From NCBI GenBank assembly GCA_965276825.1, contig OZ255630.1:2812411-2836410 (forward strand): a DNA stretch of 24,000 nt, written 5' to 3'. Of the stretch, positions 1 through 7,679 are shown one piece after another (the first letter of the stretch is position 1; every line of letters starts with the position of its first letter). The position numbers and the translations under genes are program-made. This stretch comes from Acidimicrobiales bacterium. Its GTDB lineage: Bacteria > Actinomycetota > Acidimicrobiia > Acidimicrobiales > Palsa-688. Below the pieces are notes generated by a model. That model ran no database searches, was not told the DNA's origin, and saw only the letters and a list, made by a program, of their open reading frames with translations.

Positions 1-1
1 G

Positions 2-115
2 TCGACCCCGTCGGGCGATCGGCTGGCTTCGATCGGCTACGCCATCCTGCGCCCCGACTGGGAGTCCGGATCGGTGACGCCGGTGGACTGGGACGACGAG
101 CCGGGCGCCAGGTAG
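2..115 (+). CDS. 3' end of an unidentified protein-coding gene (partial, runs off the left edge)
   Basis: Frame 2 is open from the window edge and reads STPSGDRLASIGYAILRPDWESGSVTPVDWDDEPGAR, then TAG at 113-115. Strong G/C bias at third codon positions. No family recognised. Confidence 0.35.
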   Translation, partial: STPSGDRLASIGYAILRPDWESGSVTPVDWDDEPGAR

Positions 116-260
116 ACACGCCCCAACGTCCAGACCGGCGCTCTCGGTGTCACACCGGTCTGAGGTGGGGCTGCGCCCCGCCCGACACCCCTGACCCGAG
201 CGGACCACCCCGCTGAGGGACCCGCGCCGCAGCTTCGATCGGGCGGCGACGGTCCGTGCC

Positions 261-400
261 CGCCATCTCGGGGCCCTCCACGTGGGTAACCGACGCAGAC
301 CACCCCGAGGTCACGGCCGAGCAGGCCGGCCGCCATCTCGGGGCCCTCCACGTGGGTAACCGACGCGGACCACCCCGAGGTCCCGCCCGAGCGGGCGTTG
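261..400. repeat. Tandem direct repeat, 2 x 70 bp (261-330 and 331-400), about 60/70 identical
   Basis: Both copies begin cgccatctcggggccctccacgtgggtaaccgacgc[a/g]gaccaccccgaggtc and diverge only in the last ~15 nt. Each contains the 8-bp palindrome CCACGTGG. A degenerate partial relative (cgagcggaccaccccgctgagggacccgcgcc) lies at 197-228. Confidence 0.9.
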
Positions 401-405
401 CGGGG

Positions 406-759
406 TCAGGAGCGCAGGGGGCGCCGGCGAGGGTCGGTCCCGGTCGACAGCACGGCCCCGTCGGGGAACTGCTCCTCGGCGAAGAGGTGGGCGACGAGCT
501 CGGCGGGTGGTCTGCGCAGCGCACCGGTGTCGACCTGGCCCGACCACGCCACCGTTCCCGCCCGCGCCACCTCGAGGCGGACGGCCAAGTGGCCGGCGTC
601 GACCTCCCAGGCCGGGCGGATGCCGGTGGCGAGGGCGCACGACCCGGCATAGACCTTGGCCTGGGGCAGGTAGAGGGGGTTGTCGCCCTCGATGGACCGG
701 GACGAGACGTCGTTGCAGACCGTCCAGCCGACGATCTCGCTCCAGCCGACCGACGGGCA
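406..759 (-). pseudogene. Fragment of a fumarylacetoacetate hydrolase (FAH) family gene (KdaD-like dehydratase type), central part only
   Basis: The minus-strand ORF 406..948 is FAH-like only in its distal ~118 aa (EIVGWTVCNDVSSRSIEGDNPLYLPQAKVYAGSCALATGI...PPAELVAHLFAEEQFPDGAVLSTGT). The proximal 60 aa are low-complexity and overlap the DeoR fragment on the other strand. The expected C-terminal ~40 aa after STGT is also missing. Confidence 0.55.
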
Positions 760-769
760 CCGCAGCGGC

Positions 770-1168
770 GCCATCCTGACGGGGGGTGAGTTCCGCACCC
801 CGTCGGACGCGCTGGTCGGGCCGACCGCGGACGCCACCATCCGGTCCATGTACGTCGACGTGCTGTTCCTCGGCGTGCACGGCATGGACCCCGTCGCCGG
901 CCTGACGACCCCCAACCTCTCCGAGGCGGAGACCAACCGGGCCTTCATCGCCCACGCCCGCCGCGTCGTCGTCCTGGCCGATCACACCAAGTGGCGGACC
1001 GTCGCCCTCGGCATCATGGCCCCGCTCGACCGGGCCCAGGCGGTGATCACCGACGCCGACATCACCGACGAGGGCCGCCAGGGGCTGGCCAGCCACATCG
1101 GCGACGTCCGCTTCGCCGCCGTCGGGTCCCGCGCCGGCGAGGAGCTCAACCGGTCGGCCGGGGCCTGA
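770..1168 (+). pseudogene. C-terminal fragment of a DeoR/GlpR-family transcriptional regulator (sugar-binding DeoRC domain only; HTH missing)
   Basis: ILTGGEFRTPSDALVGPTADATIRSMYVDVLFLGVHGMDPVAGLTTPNLSEAETNRAFIAHARRVVVLADHTKWRTVALGIMAPLDRAQAVITDADI matches the second half of the DeoR C-terminal domain. Sequence upstream of ~770 is not DeoR-like and no room is left for the N-terminal ~110 aa. TGA at 1166-1168. Confidence 0.6.
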
Positions 1169-1250
1169 CGACCCGTCGGGACCACCCGGGCCCCGGGGGT
1201 TAGGGTCGGCCCACGGGAGGATTCCGCCGGGGGGGAGGGAAGGGCCGGAC

Positions 1251-1580
1251 GTGCACGAGCTGTCGGTCACGCAGAGCATCGTGGATCAGGTCGCGCAGCG
1301 GTTGGAGGGCAGGCAGGTCGAGTCCGTGCAGCTCGAGATCGGAAGGCTCTCGGGCGTGGTGCCCGACTCGGTGAGGTTCTGCTTCGACCTCGTCACCGCC
1401 GGCACGGCGCTCGAGGGATCGACCCTGCAGATCGGCGAGCCCGAGGGCCGGGGTCGGTGCCGTCGGTGTGGCGACGACTTCGCCCTCGAGGACCTGATCC
1501 TCCTGTGCCCGTGTGGCAGTGCGGATGTGACCATCATCAGCGGCGACCAACTGCTGATCAAATCGGTAAAGGTGCGCTGA
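1251..1580 (+). CDS. hypA: Hydrogenase nickel-insertion metallochaperone HypA
   Basis: 109 aa with a GTG start preceded by GGGAGGGAAGG. N-terminal MHELSVTQSIV is the conserved HypA Ni-binding start. Zinc-site cysteines are CRRC(70-73) and CPC(86-88). Confidence 0.9.
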   Translation: MHELSVTQSIVDQVAQRLEGRQVESVQLEIGRLSGVVPDSVRFCFDLVTAGTALEGSTLQIGEPEGRGRCRRCGDDFALEDLILLCPCGSADVTIISGDQLLIKSVKVR

Positions 1581-1582
1581 CG

Positions 1583-2386
1583 ATGTGTGGAGTTTGCGGA
1601 TGCGGTGAAGGTGACCAGGCCCGACTGACGTCGATGACCGGGAGAGCCGACGAACACGGCGGCCACGACCATGCCGCCGACGACCGTGCCGCCCACGACC
1701 ATGCCGGCCATGATCATGCCGGCCATGATCACGACGAGGGCAGGAACGTCGTGCTCGAGGACCGGGTGCTGGCCAAGAACGACGCCCTGGCGGCCGGCAA
1801 CCGCGGCTGGCTGGAGGAGCGGGGCGTGCTGGCCGTCAACCTGATGAGCTCGCCCGGCTCCGGCAAGACCACGCTGCTCGAGCGTACGATCCGCGACGTG
1901 GGCGGCGAGCTCTGCGTCTCGGTCATCGAGGGCGACCAGGAGACCCCGATCGACGCCGAACGGATCCGCGCCACCGGCCGGCCTGTCGTGCAGGTCAACA
2001 CCGGGTCCGGCTGCCATCTCGACGCCGCCATGGTCGAGCGGGCCATGGGCCTCATCGACCCGCCCACCGGCTCGGTCGTGTTCATCGAGAACGTGGGCAA
2101 CCTCGTCTGCCCGGCGCTCTTCGACCTGGGGGAGCGGTCCCGGGTGGTGATCATGTCGGTGACCGAGGGGGCCGACAAGCCGCTGAAATACCCGCAGATG
2201 TTCCACGGCGCCGATCTCGTCATCGTCAACAAAGCCGACCTCCTGCCGTACGTCGATTTCGACCTCTCGGCCTTCGGTGACGCCGTGCACAAGGTCAACC
2301 CCGGGGTGGCCATCCTGGTGCTGTCCGCCACGACAGGCGCGGGCGTGGCCGCGTGGTACCACGAGCTTCGTGCGTTGAGGGGTTGA
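1583..2386 (+). CDS. hypB: Hydrogenase nickel-incorporation GTPase HypB with His-rich tract
   Basis: ATG at 1583, 2 nt after the hypA stop. N-terminal MCGVCGC (CxxCGC high-affinity Ni site). His-rich HGGHDHAADDRAAHDHAGHDHAGHDHD at ~1649-1737. P-loop SSPGSGKTTLLE, ENVGNLVCPA and NKADL GTPase motifs. Confidence 0.92.
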   Translation: MCGVCGCGEGDQARLTSMTGRADEHGGHDHAADDRAAHDHAGHDHAGHDHDEGRNVVLEDRVLAKNDALAAGNRGWLEERGVLAVNLMSSPGSGKTTLLERTIRDVGGELCVSVIEGDQETPIDAERIRATGRPVVQVNTGSGCHLDAAMVERAMGLIDPPTGSVVFIENVGNLVCPALFDLGERSRVVIMSVTEGADKPLKYPQMFHGADLVIVNKADLLPYVDFDLSAFGDAVHKVNPGVAILVLSATTGAGVAAWYHELRALRG

Positions 2387-2459
2387 CATCAGCTCGCCGC
2401 AGGGTTAGACCCATTTGCGGGACTTCAGCTGCAGTTCCGAGAGCCGAGGGGGACGCCAG

Positions 2460-3515
2460 ATGCCGACCGAAGAGGCTATTCGGGCCGAGGACACACTGGT
2501 CCACGTGCTGTGGATCAACGCCGGTCTGAGCTGCGACGGTGACTCCGTCGCCCTCACGGCGGCCACGCAGCCGAGCATCGAGGAGATCGCGCTCGGCGCT
2601 CTCCCCGGGCTGCCCAAGGTGGCGGTGCACTGGCCGCTGATCGACTTCGAGTGCGGGCCGGCCGGGGGTGCCGATGACTTCCTGGAGTGGTTCTGGAAGG
2701 CCGACCGCGGCGAGCTCGACCCCTTCGTGCTCGTCGTGGAGGGGTCCATCCCCAACGAGAAGCTCCACGAGGAGGGCTACTGGAGTGGGTTCGGCAACGA
2801 TCCCACCACGGGTCAGCCCGTCACCACCAGCGAGTGGCTCGACCGCCTGGCGCCCAAGGCCCTGGCCATCCTGGCCGCGGGCACCTGCGCCACCTACGGC
2901 GGCATCCACGCCATGGCCGGCAACCCGACCGGGGCCATGGGCGTGCCCGACTACCTCGGCTGGTCGTGGAAGTCCAAGGCCGGGCTGCCCATCGTGTGCG
3001 TGCCGGGGTGCCCGGTCCAGCCCGACAACCTGTCCGAGACCATCACCTACCTGCTGTACCAGGCCACCGGCCAGGCGCCCATGATCCCCCTCGACGACGC
3101 CCTCAGGCCGACGTGGCTCTTCGGCGCCACCGTGCACGAGGGCTGCGACCGCGCCGGCTACTACGAGCAGGGCGACTTCGCCACCGAGTACGGATCGCCC
3201 AAGTGCATCGTCAAGCTCGGTTGCTGGGGACCCGTCGTCAAGTGCAACGTGCCCAAGCGCGGCTGGATCAACGGGGTGGGGGGCTGCCCCAACGTGGGCG
3301 GCATCTGCATCGGCTGCACCATGCCCGGCTTCCCCGACAAGTTCATGCCCTTCATGGACGAGCCGCCCGGCGGCCTCGTCTCCACCACCGTCTCCGGGGT
3401 GTACGGCTCGGCCATCCGCTCGCTGCGGAAGGTCACCCAGAAGACGATCGACAAGGAGCCGAAGTGGAGGAAGCCGGGGCGCACGCTCACCACCGGAGCG
3501 ACGCGCACCTGGTAG
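2460..3515 (+). CDS. hhyS: [NiFe]-hydrogenase small subunit, group 1h/5 type, no Tat signal
   Basis: 351 aa, ATG 2460 with GAGGGGGA 6-7 nt upstream. Fe-S cysteine pattern GLSCDGDS, GTCATYGG, VPGCPVQPDN, HEGCDRAGYY, GCWGPVVKCN, GGCPNVGGICIGCTMPGFPD. The N-terminus MPTEEAIRAEDTLVHVLWIN has no RRxFxK twin-arginine leader. Confidence 0.9.
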   Translation: MPTEEAIRAEDTLVHVLWINAGLSCDGDSVALTAATQPSIEEIALGALPGLPKVAVHWPLIDFECGPAGGADDFLEWFWKADRGELDPFVLVVEGSIPNEKLHEEGYWSGFGNDPTTGQPVTTSEWLDRLAPKALAILAAGTCATYGGIHAMAGNPTGAMGVPDYLGWSWKSKAGLPIVCVPGCPVQPDNLSETITYLLYQATGQAPMIPLDDALRPTWLFGATVHEGCDRAGYYEQGDFATEYGSPKCIVKLGCWGPVVKCNVPKRGWINGVGGCPNVGGICIGCTMPGFPDKFMPFMDEPPGGLVSTTVSGVYGSAIRSLRKVTQKTIDKEPKWRKPGRTLTTGATRTW

Positions 3516-3587
3516 GTGCAGACGCCGGGGCGCTCCGCCGCTCCGGCCCCCATCCCAGCCGGACCACCGACGCAGGAAAAAGGACCG

Positions 3588-5384
3588 ATGACCGCGACGC
3601 GCACCTCCCCCAAGAGCCGAGACGACAGCACGGGGTCCAACCTCGTCGACATGTCGTGGGACCCGATCACCCGCATCGTCGGCAGCCTCGGGATCTACAC
3701 CAAGATCGACTTCGACCAGCGGGTCGTGGCCGAGTGCCACAGCACGTCGTCGATCTTCCGCGGGTACTCGATCTTCATGAAGGGCAAGGACCCCCGCGAC
3801 GCCCACTTCATCACCAGCCGCATCTGCGGCATCTGCGGGGACAACCACGCCACCTGCTCCTGCTACGCCCAGAACATGGCCTACGGCGTCAAGCCGCCGC
3901 ACCTCGGTGAGTGGATCGTCAACCTCGGCGAGGCCGCCGAGTACATGTTCGACCACAACATCTACCAGGAGAACCTGGTCGGGGTGGACTACTGCGAGCG
4001 CATGGTGGGCGAGACCAACCCGGGCGTGCTCGAGCGGGCCAACACCACCGAGGCCCCCCACGCCGGCGAGCACGGCTACCGGACCATCGGCGACATCATG
4101 CGCTCGCTCAACCCCTTCAGCGGGGAGTTCTACCGGGAGGCGCTCCAGGTCAGCCGCTCCACCCGGGAGATGTTCTGCCTGATGGAGGGCCGGCACGTCC
4201 ACCCGTCCACCCTCTATCCCGGCGGGGTCGGCACGGTGGCCACCATCCAGCTGATGACCGACTACATCACCCGGCTGATGCGCTACGTCGAGTTCATGAA
4301 GAAGGTCGTCCCCATGCACGACGACCTCTTCGACTTCTTCTACCAGGCCCTCCCTGGCTACGAGCAGGTCGGCTTCCGGCGCACGCTGCTCGGGTGCTGG
4401 GGCGCATTCCAGGACCCCGAGGTCTGCAACTTCAAGTACCAGGACATGACCGAGTGGGGTCGCAAGATGTACGTGACCCCCGGCGTGGTGGTGGACGGCA
4501 AGCTCGTCACCACCGACCTCGTCGACATCAACCTGGGCATCCGGATCCTCCTCGGCAGCTCGTACTACGACGACTGGGAAGACCGGGAGATGTTCGTCAC
4601 CCGGGATCCTCTCGGCAACCCGGTCGACCGTCGCCACCCGTGGAACCAGCACACCAACCCCCGTCCCCAGAAGCGGGACATGGACGACAAGTACTCCTGG
4701 GTCATGTCCCCGCGGTGGTTCGACGGCAAGGACTACCTGGCCCTCGACACCGGGGGCGGCCCCATCGCCCGGCTGTGGACCACCGCCCTGGCCGGGCTGG
4801 TCGACATCGGCTACGTGAAGGCCACCGGGACCAGCGTGCAGATCAACCTGCCGAAGACGGCGCTCAAGGGCCCCGCCACCCTGGAGTGGAAGATCCCCGA
4901 GTGGAGCAACGCCATCGAGCGCAACCGGGCCAGGACCTACTTCCAGGCATACGCGGCGGCCTGCGCGCTGCACTTCGCCGAGAAGGCGCTGGAGGAGATC
5001 CGGGCCGGGCGGACCAAGACGTGGGAGAGCTTCGAGGTGCCCGAGGAAGGGGTGGGCTGCGGCTTCACCGAGGCGGTGCGCGGGGTGCTGTCGCACCACA
5101 TGGTCATCCGGGACGGCAAGATCGCCAACTACCACCCGTACCCGCCGACGCCGTGGAACGCCAGCCCTCGCGACAGCTACGGGACGCCGGGGCCCTACGA
5201 GGACGCCGTGCAGGGCACTCCGATCTTCGAGGAGAACGACCGGGAGCACTTCAAGGGCATCGACATCATGCGCACCGTGCGCAGCTTCGACCCCTGCCTG
5301 CCCTGTGGCGTGCACATGTACCTCGGCGAGGGCAAAAGCCTGGAGACGCTGCACTCGCCGACGCAGTCCGCCGGCACCGCGTGA
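3588..5384 (+). CDS. hhyL: [NiFe]-hydrogenase large (catalytic) subunit, group 1h/5 type
   Basis: 598 aa, ATG 3588 preceded by AGGAAAAAGGA. N-terminal metal-binding motif TSRICGICGDNH (~3819-3848). C-terminal SFDPCLPCGVH (~5289-5315) followed by a 22-aa extension, the substrate for the maturation protease. Confidence 0.95.
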   Translation: MTATRTSPKSRDDSTGSNLVDMSWDPITRIVGSLGIYTKIDFDQRVVAECHSTSSIFRGYSIFMKGKDPRDAHFITSRICGICGDNHATCSCYAQNMAYGVKPPHLGEWIVNLGEAAEYMFDHNIYQENLVGVDYCERMVGETNPGVLERANTTEAPHAGEHGYRTIGDIMRSLNPFSGEFYREALQVSRSTREMFCLMEGRHVHPSTLYPGGVGTVATIQLMTDYITRLMRYVEFMKKVVPMHDDLFDFFYQALPGYEQVGFRRTLLGCWGAFQDPEVCNFKYQDMTEWGRKMYVTPGVVVDGKLVTTDLVDINLGIRILLGSSYYDDWEDREMFVTRDPLGNPVDRRHPWNQHTNPRPQKRDMDDKYSWVMSPRWFDGKDYLALDTGGGPIARLWTTALAGLVDIGYVKATGTSVQINLPKTALKGPATLEWKIPEWSNAIERNRARTYFQAYAAACALHFAEKALEEIRAGRTKTWESFEVPEEGVGCGFTEAVRGVLSHHMVIRDGKIANYHPYPPTPWNASPRDSYGTPGPYEDAVQGTPIFEENDREHFKGIDIMRTVRSFDPCLPCGVHMYLGEGKSLETLHSPTQSAGTA

Positions 5385-6322
5385 CGGCGGCCGACGACCC
5401 CATCCCGGGCCCGGACCTGCGAGCGACGGGCGAGCGCATCGAGACGCTGCTCGAGGCGGCCTCGGCCGGGGGCGTCCTCGTGCGCGAGCGCTCCGAGGAG
5501 CTGGTGCGCCTCGTGGTGGACCTCTATGGCGCCGGCATCGAGCGGATCATGGAGATCCTTGACGACCGGGGGCGCCTCGACGACGAGGTGCTCGACGCGC
5601 TGGCCGGTGACGACCTGGTGGCCAGCCTGCTGCTGGTCCACGGGCTGCACCCCGAGGACGTCCCGGCACGGGTGGAGCGCGCCCTGGCCGGGGTGCGGCC
5701 CTACCTCGACTCCCACGGGGGCAACGTGGAGCTGCTCGGCATCACCGAGGAGGGCGTGGTCAAGCTTCGCCTGCTCGGCAGTTGTGACGGGTGCGCCTCG
5801 TCGTCGGCCACGTTGACCCTGGCCGTCGAGGGGGCGGTGCTGGAGGCCGCGCCCGAGGTGACCGGCATCGAGGTGGAGGCGCCGTCGGCCGCCCCCGGAG
5901 CGGTGCGCGCCGGGGAGCTCATCCCGCTGGAGACGCTCCGCGTCCGCCAGCCGGACGGCTCGAGCGGGCAGCTGGCGGACTGGCAGGCCGCCCCCGGCCT
6001 GGTCGACCTCGAGGCGGGTCAGGTCACCGGCGTGACCGTCGGCCCCACCGCGCTGGTCGCCTGCCGGATCGGTTCGGAGCTGTTCGCCTTCGCCGATGCC
6101 TGTGCGTCCTGCGGCGCCAGCCTGGCGGATGGCAAGGTCGAGCGGCGACTCGGGTCGGCCATCGGCGGTGGGGTGCTCCGCTGCCCGAGGTGCCACGCCC
6201 ACTACGACGTCCGCAACGCCGGCGCGGCCGTCGACGGTGGGGACACCCACCTCGACCCGGTGCCGCTGCTCACCCGCCACGGGGTGGTCGAGGTGGCCGT
6301 GCCGAGGCCGGTCAGGGTATGA
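5381..6322 (+). CDS. hhyE: HhyE-like putative Fe-S protein: NifU C-terminal-like domain fused to a Rieske-fold-like domain
   Basis: GTG 5381 overlaps the hhyL TGA (GTGA). Nfu/NifU_C-like segment VRPYLDSHGGNVELLGITEEGVVKLRLLGSCDGCASSSATLTLAVEGAVLEAAPEV. The C-terminal half has ACRIGSELFAFADACASCGASLADG...LRCPRCHAHYD, i.e. a Rieske-like spacing of two metal-binding boxes. Confidence 0.8.
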   Translation: MTAADDPIPGPDLRATGERIETLLEAASAGGVLVRERSEELVRLVVDLYGAGIERIMEILDDRGRLDDEVLDALAGDDLVASLLLVHGLHPEDVPARVERALAGVRPYLDSHGGNVELLGITEEGVVKLRLLGSCDGCASSSATLTLAVEGAVLEAAPEVTGIEVEAPSAAPGAVRAGELIPLETLRVRQPDGSSGQLADWQAAPGLVDLEAGQVTGVTVGPTALVACRIGSELFAFADACASCGASLADGKVERRLGSAIGGGVLRCPRCHAHYDVRNAGAAVDGGDTHLDPVPLLTRHGVVEVAVPRPVRV

Positions 6323-6993
6323 CCGCGCCCCGGCCCCCGGCGCCGGCCGCCGAGGCCGGGCCGCTGGCGGTGCTGCGACGCATCGCCGCCCAACGCCGTC
6401 CGCCCCCACCGGGCGAGCGCTGCGAGATGTGCGGCGTGGCCATCGCCGACGAGCACGGTCACGTCGTCAACACCGAGCAGCGCAGCCTGCTGTGCTCCTG
6501 CCGCCCGTGCTACCTGCTCTTCACCGCCGACGGTGCCGAGCTCAAGTTCAAGGCCGTCCCCGACCGCTACCTCCGCTTCGGCGACTTCCGCCTCGGCTCC
6601 GCGCAGTGGGACGAGCTGGAGATCCCTGTCGGACTGGCGTTCTTCTTCCGCAACTCCGACATGGACCGGATGGTGGCCTTCTACCCGGGACCCGCCGGGG
6701 CCACCGAGTCGGAGCTGGCCCTGTCGGCCTGGGACGCCGTGCTCGGCGCCAACCCCGAGCTGACCACCCTCCGATCCGACGTCGAGGCCCTCCTCATCCG
6801 GGCCGTCGACCAGGACCGCTCCGACTTCGACTGCTTCCTGGTCCCCATCGACCGGTGCTACGAGCTCGTCGGCCAGCTCCGCCAGGTCTGGCGCGGCTTC
6901 GACGGCGGCCAGGAGGCTCGTCGGTGCGTCGACGAGCTCTTCGACGACGTCAGGCGCCGGAGCCGCCCTGCGCCGTCGATGGTGGAGCGATGA
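6319..6993 (+). CDS. Hydrogenase-cluster conserved protein of unknown function with CxxC-x19-CxCxxC motif
   Basis: 224 aa. ATG 6319 overlaps the upstream TGA (ATGA). High GC3 in frame. Cysteine cluster CEMCGVAIADEHGHVVNTEQRSLLCSCRPC near the N-terminus. Position conserved within the hyp/hhy operon context. Confidence 0.75.
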   Translation: MTAPRPPAPAAEAGPLAVLRRIAAQRRPPPPGERCEMCGVAIADEHGHVVNTEQRSLLCSCRPCYLLFTADGAELKFKAVPDRYLRFGDFRLGSAQWDELEIPVGLAFFFRNSDMDRMVAFYPGPAGATESELALSAWDAVLGANPELTTLRSDVEALLIRAVDQDRSDFDCFLVPIDRCYELVGQLRQVWRGFDGGQEARRCVDELFDDVRRRSRPAPSMVER

Positions 6994-7679
6994 CCGAGCT
7001 GACCTTCTCCGTCGTCGACATCGTCCCCGATCAGTACGCGGCGTCGCCGATGCTGACCGCCAGGGTGCGCATCGAGGAGGGGACGCAGACCGTGGTGCAC
7101 GCCATCGCCCTGCGCTGCCAGGTGCGCATCTCGCCGCAGCGCCGCCCCTACGGCGCCCCCGAGGCCGAAGGGCTGGCCGACCTCTTCGGTGGGCGCGAGC
7201 GGTGGAGCACCACGCTCAAGCCGTTTCTCTGGATGCACACCACCGCCATGGTCAAGGGGTTCACCGGCAGTGTGGAGGTCGACCTTCCGCTGCCCTGCAC
7301 CTACGACTTCGAGGTGGCGGCGACCAAGTACCTCCACGCCCTGCGCGATGGCCACGTCCCGTTGTCACTGATGTTCAGCGGCACCGTGTTCACCCGCGGT
7401 GCGACCGACTTCCAGGTCGAGCAGATCCCCTGGCACAGCGACGTCGACCATCGGATGGCGGTGCAGGCGTGGCGCCAGGCCATGGACGTGTTCTTCCCCG
7501 ACAGCGGATGGATCCGCGTCCCGACGGCGACCCTGGACGCGCTGGCGCGGTTCAAGTCCGATCGTGGCCTGCCGACGTGGGAGGAGGCGTTCGCCGTGAT
7601 GGTCGAGCGCGCCGGGCGACCCGATCCCCGGGAGGTCATGGTCGGAGCCGACGACAACGGCGCCAGGCGGGCGCCGTGA
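6990..7679 (+). CDS. Hydrogenase-cluster conserved protein of unknown function
   Basis: 229 aa. ATG 6990 overlaps the upstream TGA (ATGA). Globular-looking composition (MTELTFSVVDIVPDQYAASPMLTARVRIEEG...). No motif recognised. Confidence 0.75.
   Translation: MTELTFSVVDIVPDQYAASPMLTARVRIEEGTQTVVHAIALRCQVRISPQRRPYGAPEAEGLADLFGGRERWSTTLKPFLWMHTTAMVKGFTGSVEVDLPLPCTYDFEVAATKYLHALRDGHVPLSLMFSGTVFTRGATDFQVEQIPWHSDVDHRMAVQAWRQAMDVFFPDSGWIRVPTATLDALARFKSDRGLPTWEEAFAVMVERAGRPDPREVMVGADDNGARRAP

Noticed and set aside
261-400. Could the 70-bp repeats be a minimal CRISPR array?
   Set aside because: There are only two copies, directly adjacent with no spacer. The unit is far longer than CRISPR repeats and no cas genes are present.
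1205-1225. Similarity between GGCCCACGGGAGGAT upstream of hypA and GGCCCACCACGCAGAGGAT (15725-15745) downstream of hypE as possible island-border direct repeats
   Set aside because: The match is short and needs a 4-nt indel. The flanking gene fragments are truncated at their distal ends, not at the cluster borders, so nothing supports an insertion junction here.
311-1279. 322-aa minus-strand ORF and the other overlapping ORFs at 150-800
   Set aside because: They show low-complexity Gly/Pro/Arg translation and cross both recognisable gene fragments out of frame. No start context or motif.
2295-5354. 1019-aa ORF on the minus strand spanning the hydrogenase structural genes
   Set aside because: It is antisense to hhyS/hhyL, which carry unmistakable catalytic motifs. 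Its translation is Gly/Arg/Pro/Ala/Val-rich with no motif. Long stop-free antisense frames are expected at this GC content.
3911-5380. Upstream 490 codons of the 803-aa plus-strand ORF 3911..6322
   Set aside because: This part is an alternative frame of hhyL with Arg/Pro/Gly-rich translation. Only the portion from the GTG at 5381 (NifU/Rieske-like) is credible coding sequence.
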